Shown here: positions 58,314-64,000 of the stretch, in pieces
How positions within the stretch are numbered: position 1 is the stretch's first letter
How the letters are laid out: each line of letters begins with the position of its first letter
Source: Polyangiales bacterium
GTDB taxonomy: Bacteria; Myxococcota_A; Polyangia; Polyangiales; Houyiibacteriaceae
Direction of reading: 5' to 3'
DNA: 64,000 bases
Assembly: GCA_045106895.1 (NCBI GenBank)
Contig: JBGCFM010000001.1
Location: 43,264-107,263, forward strand
Program-made: the position numbers and the translations under genes
The notes under the pieces: model-generated
Seen by the model: the letters and a program-made list of their open reading frames with translations, nothing else
Databases searched by the model: none
What the model was told of the DNA's origin: nothing

Positions 58314-59314
58314 TCGTTCCCCTGATGCAATGTGTGGACGGTGTGCGCGGTGAGCATGAGCGCAAAATCGATGAGCGTCTCTTCGTCGGAGGCGCGAAGA
58401 CGAAGGCCGAGCTCTTTCGCACGGCCTGCGCTCTCCCGAAGCACCTGGGCGAGCGTCAGGTGATTCTTGCCGGTAAAACGTGCGACGCGCTCGCGAATCA
58501 CGCGACGATGACGACGGATAAACGCCGCGGCGGTCTCGTTCTTCGCGTGCGCCAAGTCATCCGAGAAGATGCGGTGAAGGTCGCGGTCATACTGCGGAGA
58601 GAACCCACGCTTGAAGTGTCCTTGGCGGCGCTCGTAGTGCTCTCGGAGCGTCGTCTTCAGGGTCCGCAACGCGTAAGGACGCGCCTTACTCTTGACGCGC
58701 GGCGCCGTACCGCGCGTCTCCCCCATCAGCTCGTCCACGTATTCCAGCTTCTTCATTGCGGGCCATTCAGCGTACTCCTGGCGCCAACGACTGCCGAGCC
58801 ACACGGCGAAGGTCTCCGCGAAATCTTCCACCGGATGACTCTGCGCGTACCAGCCGTCGAGGTGCTGCACGAAACGCCGGCTTCCGGGCCTCGGTCGGTA
58901 GAAGTCTGGATAAGGCGCGCGCGCGCTGCCAAACACGCGCTGCCACTTCCGTCTGCGATGAAACGCGTACGCGTGCTGCATCGCGTGACCGATCTCGTGA
59001 CGCATCAGCTTCGCGCACTCGCTCTTCGTTCCGCCCTCGACTTCGAGCATCATCTTCCGTTCAAGCCGCATCAGGCGCGGGTGGCCGAGGTAGAATGGGA
59101 TGGCGACGCCCGGAATATTCTCTGGACTAAACCACTCGTCGGAGAACCAAAAGTGCGGGCGAAAACGGAGGCCTCGTGCACGCAACTCCGCACAAACTTT
59201 GTCCGCGACCTCTCGCGTCCAGGTGTCGTCGAGGTGGAGCCCAAGGTCACAGAGACGAACATCGAGGAGCGCCTCGTGTTTGTACTGCGTCCAGTCGTCG
59301 TCTTGCCGGCTCAA
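58298..59314 (-). CDS. Putative zinc-binding metallopeptidase (Peptidase_Mx-like)
   Basis: MRHEIGH (HExxH) and YAQSHPVEDFAETFA. Confidence 0.85.
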   Translation of the reverse strand: MSRQDDDWTQYKHEALLDVRLCDLGLHLDDTWTREVADKVCAELRARGLRFRPHFWFSDEWFSPENIPGVAIPFYLGHPRLMRLERKMMLEVEGGTKSECAKLMRHEIGHAMQHAYAFHRRRKWQRVFGSARAPYPDFYRPRPGSRRFVQHLDGWYAQSHPVEDFAETFAVWLGSRWRQEYAEWPAMKKLEYVDELMGETRGTAPRVKSKARPYALRTLKTTLREHYERRQGHFKRGFSPQYDRDLHRIFSDDLAHAKNETAAAFIRRHRRVIRERVARFTGKNHLTLAQVLRESAGRAKELGLRLRASDEETLIDFALMLTAHTVHTLHQGNEWHPM

Positions 59315-59796
59315 CTGTCTGCTGCGAGTAGTCGCGGGTCCTTGGGGCCCTCGGCGGTGGTCACCTCCACGCCGTGGTCACGCAGGTATTGAACGCCGTT
59401 GGCGCCCATGTAGCCGCCCTCCACGATGATCACTTTGACGATGCCAGCGTGGTGAATGAGCTTGGCGCAAAGCACGCACGGCTCGCCGGTGACGATCATC
59501 CACGCGTTTCGGCAGGCGACGCCGCCCGCGGCTGCGTTGCAGATCACGTTCATTTCGGCGTGATGGCAGCCGATCTCCATGCGCGTTCCGCTTTGCACAC
59601 CTTGGGTGTCCCGAAGGCACTCATCTCCGCCGCATAAGCGTCCGCCGCCACGCGGCCCGCCGTTGTATCCATCCATCAGAATGACATTTCGCTCCGGGTC
59701 GAGGAGCAGAGCGCCGAAAGTACGGCGCGGGCAGTTACTCGCCTCAGCGAGGGCGAGGCACTGCTGAATGCGAATCTTTACGTGTTTATCCTTCAC
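59311..59796 (-). CDS. Deoxycytidylate (dCMP) deaminase family protein
   Basis: SNCPRR..GA, GYNG.PRG, HAEMN, PCVLCAK; start trimmed to GTG 59796. Confidence 0.9.
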   Translation of the reverse strand: MKDKHVKIRIQQCLALAEASNCPRRTFGALLLDPERNVILMDGYNGGPRGGGRLCGGDECLRDTQGVQSGTRMEIGCHHAEMNVICNAAAGGVACRNAWMIVTGEPCVLCAKLIHHAGIVKVIIVEGGYMGANGVQYLRDHGVEVTTAEGPKDPRLLAADS

Positions 59797-59870
59797 GCTT
59801 GTGTGATCGCAGATCGAGAAGCGCCCGTAAAGGGTCGACATCGGCGGAAACGCGGTGGACAATCTCAGGC

Positions 59871-61316
59871 GTGTCACATGTTCAAAGCGCCGTTCAAAAC
59901 GCGGTTCAATCCGTAGTTCAACGTGCGCGCCAGAGCATCTCCGAGAGCGTCGCACGCGCCATGGGCAACTCCGAACGTCCTCATCGAAGCGGCCCGGACC
60001 TGCCTCCGGGTCCAACGTCGCCTGCCGCGCTCCAGCTCGCCGCGTTCTTGTACGAGCCGCAGTTCTTCCTGAAGGCGCTCCGAGAGACCCACGGCGAAAT
60101 CGTCACGCTCCGTCTGCCGGGCATGTTCAACATCGTTCAGGTGAGTCAGCCGGCGCACGTCAAAGAGATGTTCCGCGTGCGCAGCGACGTCGCCGGCGCC
60201 GGCAAGGCGAACGCGATCCTGAAGCCCTTCCTCGGGCCTCACTCGCTCCTGATGCTCGACGGAAAGCGCCACATGCGCCACCGCCGCCTCATGATGCCGC
60301 CGTTTCGGGGAGAGCGGATGCGTGCCTACGAAACGGAGATCCGTTCCGTCACGCGCAGCGCCCTCAAACGTTTCCCCACCGATGAAGTCTTCAAACTTCA
60401 GCCGCGCCACCAAGACATCACCCTCGACGTCATCATGAGCACGGTCTTCGGCATCGCAGAGCCAGGGCCGCTGCGTTCGCTCCTTCAGCGAGCCCTTCGG
60501 ATGCTCGACAACCCGCTCTACATTCTGGAGTACGTTCAAAAGGACCTCGGTCCGCTCTCTCCGTGGGGACGCTACCTGCGATTGCGCCGCGAGATTCAGG
60601 CGGCGCTCATGAGTCACATCGAGGCGAGCCGCCAAGACCCGAATATTGAGTCACGGCACGATATTCTCTCGATGCTGCTCCTCGCCCGCGACGAAGAGGG
60701 TGAGCCGCTTTCCGACGATGAGGTCCACGACGAGCTCATCACGATGCTCATCGCCGGCCACGAGACCACGGCGACGGCGCTCTCATGGACCATGCATCGC
60801 CTCACGCGCCATCCCGAGGTCCTCTCGCGCGCGGTGGCGGAGGTCGACGCCAGCGGAGACGAAGACGGCGCCGCCCTGCCCTACCTCGATGCTGTCATTC
60901 GTGAGTCCCTAAGGATTCACCCGGTCGTCCCGGGCGTTGGGCGCGTCCTCGAGAAACCCTTCACCTTGGCGGGCTACGACCTACCCGCCGGCACCATGAT
61001 CGGCTGCAGCATCATCCTGGCGCACACGAACGAGAACGTCTGGCCCGACGCCGAGCGCTTCAAGCCAGAACGTTTTCTCGACCATCGCCCTCCACCCGAC
61101 ACCTACTTCCCCTTCGGCGGGGGCGTGCGCCGCTGCATCGGCGAGGCCTTCGCGCTCTTCGAGATGCGCGTGGTGCTCCGAGAGGTGCTTCGGACGTTCG
61201 CGCCGGAAGCATCCGGCGAGACGATTCGTTCCGTGCGCCGGAACATCACGCTCAGCCCGAGCGGCTCCATGCCGGTGGTGTTCCGCCGACGACAGATGCA
61301 TGACGACCCCCTCTAA
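59871..61316 (+). CDS. Cytochrome P450
   Basis: AGHETT I-helix, ESLR, PERF, FGGGVRRCIG heme motif; start uncertain. Confidence 0.96.
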   Translation: MSHVQSAVQNAVQSVVQRARQSISESVARAMGNSERPHRSGPDLPPGPTSPAALQLAAFLYEPQFFLKALRETHGEIVTLRLPGMFNIVQVSQPAHVKEMFRVRSDVAGAGKANAILKPFLGPHSLLMLDGKRHMRHRRLMMPPFRGERMRAYETEIRSVTRSALKRFPTDEVFKLQPRHQDITLDVIMSTVFGIAEPGPLRSLLQRALRMLDNPLYILEYVQKDLGPLSPWGRYLRLRREIQAALMSHIEASRQDPNIESRHDILSMLLLARDEEGEPLSDDEVHDELITMLIAGHETTATALSWTMHRLTRHPEVLSRAVAEVDASGDEDGAALPYLDAVIRESLRIHPVVPGVGRVLEKPFTLAGYDLPAGTMIGCSIILAHTNENVWPDAERFKPERFLDHRPPPDTYFPFGGGVRRCIGEAFALFEMRVVLREVLRTFAPEASGETIRSVRRNITLSPSGSMPVVFRRRQMHDDPL

Positions 61317-62511
61317 GCGCGAACTTGTCGAACGACTAGGCAACGCAAAGAGCGCACCGGAGCGAATCGCTGCGGCGGTAGCGATGGGCTGGCACGGCGC
61401 GCCGGAATATGCACCGCTCCTTGTGTCGAAGCTGATGGAATCGCCTGAGCCCAGGGTGGTCTCCGCGTATTGCGTGGCCCTCGAGATGATCGCGGACCGA
61501 AGCGTCCTCGGCGAGCTGATGAGCTGGCTAAAGCGATGCCCCGACGCTCATGTTTGGGATATCTGCCGCGTTCTCCGGCGGCTACGCTGCATCGACCCGA
61601 TCATCCCTCCAGGCACCGATGTTGAACGGCTTCGCCAACTGTGGCTGGACGCTGGCGAAGATGTACCCGCTGTGCAGAACGTTCGAGTGAGCGGGAATCA
61701 TATTCGCTTCGACGTCACTTCCGGGAGTGGCCGAGTGCGCATCGACTTTGACGCTCCGAAGATAGGCACATCGAACTGGGCCCGCTGGACCCGCTCTCTC
61801 TTCGTCGGCGACAATGCGCTCTACTCCGTCGGTTCCACCTGCGGCACCTGTGAAACACTCCTCGTCCTCGCTGGCTTTCCGGAAGACCACGCCCTCGAAC
61901 TCTCCCGGGAACTCAGCGCGACCATGCTCATGCCGTCATTCGACTCGGAGTGGGTCCGGACCTGGACGCCCGTCCTCACGCAGCTGCAGACGGGTCATTA
62001 CCTGGCAACGTCTCTGGCCTTACCCATCGAGCGCGTCGACACGAGCGGAGCGTCCTGGATGACGAAGCGCTACGAGTTTCGGATAGACACCGACCCCGAC
62101 TGGCCGAGCGATGACGAACAGTCGCCGTGGCCTACGACGCCGCATTTCCAGGGGCCCATGTTCGGAGAACCGCTTCGCACGTACTGGGTCACGCTCCCAT
62201 CCCAGGACCTCGCCGCCCTCGATGAAGAACGCGTGCATTTCTACATGGAGCGCATCCGCGATGGTCACCGCCCCAGCGCCCTCGCCCTCGGCTGGATGGA
62301 GGACCGCTACGTTCAAGCCGAGTGGAACGAGCGAGTGGTGGCGACGGTGCTCCTCGATGGGCACCATAAGATGGAAGCCTATGCCCGGCTCAAAGTGCCC
62401 GCTTCGCTGATTGCACTCTTCCACCTCGAGAACACGTGGGGACCACGCGAAGATCCCGCACGGCCCTTGCTCGACGCCATCGCTCAGCTCGAGGGCTCGC
62501 TCAGCGAGTAA
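61300..62511 (+). CDS. Hypothetical protein: HEAT-like N-terminus, CxxC, ParB/Srx-like C-terminal motif
   Basis: Helical N-terminus; STCGTC; LDEERV..Y...I..G..P...LLDGHHK.EAY. Confidence 0.65.
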   Translation: MTTPSKRELVERLGNAKSAPERIAAAVAMGWHGAPEYAPLLVSKLMESPEPRVVSAYCVALEMIADRSVLGELMSWLKRCPDAHVWDICRVLRRLRCIDPIIPPGTDVERLRQLWLDAGEDVPAVQNVRVSGNHIRFDVTSGSGRVRIDFDAPKIGTSNWARWTRSLFVGDNALYSVGSTCGTCETLLVLAGFPEDHALELSRELSATMLMPSFDSEWVRTWTPVLTQLQTGHYLATSLALPIERVDTSGASWMTKRYEFRIDTDPDWPSDDEQSPWPTTPHFQGPMFGEPLRTYWVTLPSQDLAALDEERVHFYMERIRDGHRPSALALGWMEDRYVQAEWNERVVATVLLDGHHKMEAYARLKVPASLIALFHLENTWGPREDPARPLLDAIAQLEGSLSE

Positions 62512-62570
62512 CCCGCGGGCGGCCTCCTCACGCCGTTGCGATTTTGAGCCACCCTAAATACCTTCGCGCC

Positions 62571-62924
62571 GTGGACGAGAACGACCCGGATATCGCTGCC
62601 TACATCGCCGCGAACAAACGAGCCCGTAAGCGAAACTTCATCGGAGCGCTCCGAATCCTCGTCGCAGGCGCCGCGGCGGCGGCGGCGGGCCTTGGGGTTT
62701 TCGCCCTGCTGGCAGACCTCTTCGCCGAAGACCCAGACAGCATGTACCGAACCCGCTACGGCTATCGCCAAGGGTCAGAGTTCAACGCGAACTCCTTATT
62801 TGTCTCCGGCGGCGCGGCTACCTTTTGCGGATTCGTGGTGTTCTTGGTCTGCTATCGGCTGCTTGGCGGGAAGGTCGACCGAGAAACCTGGAGCTTAGTC
62901 CGCTCCTTCCTCTTCCGACGGTGA
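62571..62924 (+). CDS. Small two-TM hypothetical protein
   Basis: Two hydrophobic segments; GTG 62571 preceded by TACCTT at 6 nt. Confidence 0.6.
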   Translation: MDENDPDIAAYIAANKRARKRNFIGALRILVAGAAAAAAGLGVFALLADLFAEDPDSMYRTRYGYRQGSEFNANSLFVSGGAATFCGFVVFLVCYRLLGGKVDRETWSLVRSFLFRR

Positions 62925-64000
62925 AACCGGCCCTACCTGGCCGCGCCTCACATGTTGGAGCGCGACGTCCGTCGGACGGCAACGCCGAACACGCGGCGCG
63001 ATTCCAGGTGCGGGTGCCTCGAAGAGACCGGCGAGGGCCTCGTCGATGGCGTCGTAGTTGGGCAACAAGACCGAGCGTCCTTCGGCGGTTCGATGACTCT
63101 CCACCTGTCGGCTGCCGATGAGCAGACCATGGAGGCGACCTTCGTCGAGGCGAGACACTCGGCGGATCAGACGAAGCAGCTCAAGGCGACTCATGCTCGT
63201 GATGACGCCTTCCTCGAGAGCCGCGCCAAGCACAGGCACCCACTCCGACATCCCCGCCTCACGAACTCTCCGCCGAAGCGCGGAGAGCACCGCGTGCTGC
63301 CGTCGCGAACGATCCCAATCGCTGCGTCCATGGCGCGAACGCGCGTACATCGCAGCGGTGGCTCCATCCATGGCTTGACGGCCCGCTTCGACGTCGAGCA
63401 ACCGGCGGCCGCTCTCCGTTCGTTCGTCGATGAAGTTGTCGATGAGCGGGCAAGGAACGTCGACCTCCAGTCCCCCGAGCGCATCGACGGTGCGCTCGAA
63501 TACGCGCAGGTCGCCGACGACGACGTGCTCGACTTCCAAAGAGAGGACCTCCTCGACGACGCCGCGAAGAACGTCCAGTGGGTCCTTGCCCTGGCGTGCT
63601 GCAATACGGAGCGTGGCGTTGATTCGAGCCGGCCCGTGCTCAGGGATGTCGACGTAGAGGTCTCGTGGGATAGAGACGAGTCCGCCGTGACCGCTCTCCT
63701 CGTCGAAGACCGCAACGACGAGAGTGTCCGCGCGGCCCCAGGCGCCGCGGGTGTGGTCGATTCCGACGAGGAGGTAGTTCTCCGCCGAAGCAAACTCCAA
63801 CTCCGCGCGCTCGGTGCGAACACTCGGCACGATCGGAAGACCCGGCGCGGCAGCGTCCGCGGCGAAGAGAATGTCGACGGGGAGCGCGGGCGGATTCGCG
63901 CCGAGGGGTAGTAGCAAGACCTCGTCGTCGGTGTCGTCGTCAAAGTCCGTCGAGGCGGCACCCTCAGCCAGGCGCGCTTGGTGCGCCGCATAGGTCATCG
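62895..64000 (-). CDS. LCP (LytR-CpsA-Psr) family protein, 5' end probably outside window
   Basis: LLVGID, RADT, SIPRD, RIN, YARSR, D..R.RRQ. Confidence 0.92.
   Translation of the reverse strand, partial: MTYAAHQARLAEGAASTDFDDDTDDEVLLLPLGANPPALPVDILFAADAAAPGLPIVPSVRTERAELEFASAENYLLVGIDHTRGAWGRADTLVVAVFDEESGHGGLVSIPRDLYVDIPEHGPARINATLRIAARQGKDPLDVLRGVVEEVLSLEVEHVVVGDLRVFERTVDALGGLEVDVPCPLIDNFIDERTESGRRLLDVEAGRQAMDGATAAMYARSRHGRSDWDRSRRQHAVLSALRRRVREAGMSEWVPVLGAALEEGVITSMSRLELLRLIRRVSRLDEGRLHGLLIGSRQVESHRTAEGRSVLLPNYDAIDEALAGLFEAPAPGIAPRVRRCRPTDVALQHVRRGQVGPVSPSEEEGAD

Noticed and set aside
59880..59927. 12-bp repeat (VQSA/VQNA/VQSV/VQRA) at the P450 N-terminus
   Set aside because: Short degenerate low-complexity coding repeat with no supportable function

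Overview
GC-rich chromosomal segment, most likely from a myxobacterium (Myxococcota, Polyangia/Sandaracinaceae-like). This is inferred from the gene content: Hanks kinase, TPR/PEGA protein, FHA proteins, TIGR02996-like domain, pil genes and an atypical Hsp70. About 57 densely packed CDSs. Housekeeping genes are glnD (partial, missed by the ORF track), purMN, trpDC, hisBHAF, gyrA, uppP, manC and algC; there is also a fragmented type IV pilus locus (pilT, pilC, pilS) plus a second PilT-family ATPase, and many envelope and signalling genes. I saw no rRNA, tRNA, CRISPR array, prophage or transposase. Most interesting observations: (1) a four-gene envelope operon (C-x10-C-H cytochrome-like lipoprotein, SH3-plus-beta-barrel protein, DUF4266-like CxC lipoprotein, DUF3570-like barrel); (2) Met-periodic tails and terminal NPY/DDPL motifs on unrelated exported proteins; (3) a TPR/PEGA protein plus Ser/Thr kinase module between pilT and pilC; (4) a dCMP deaminase / zinc peptidase / ATP-grasp / thioredoxin operon; (5) a ~150 bp MITE-like element with CTAG duplications inside a palindrome; (6) a pervasive leaderless-promoter signature. 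All family names come from motif recognition by eye, not database searches.
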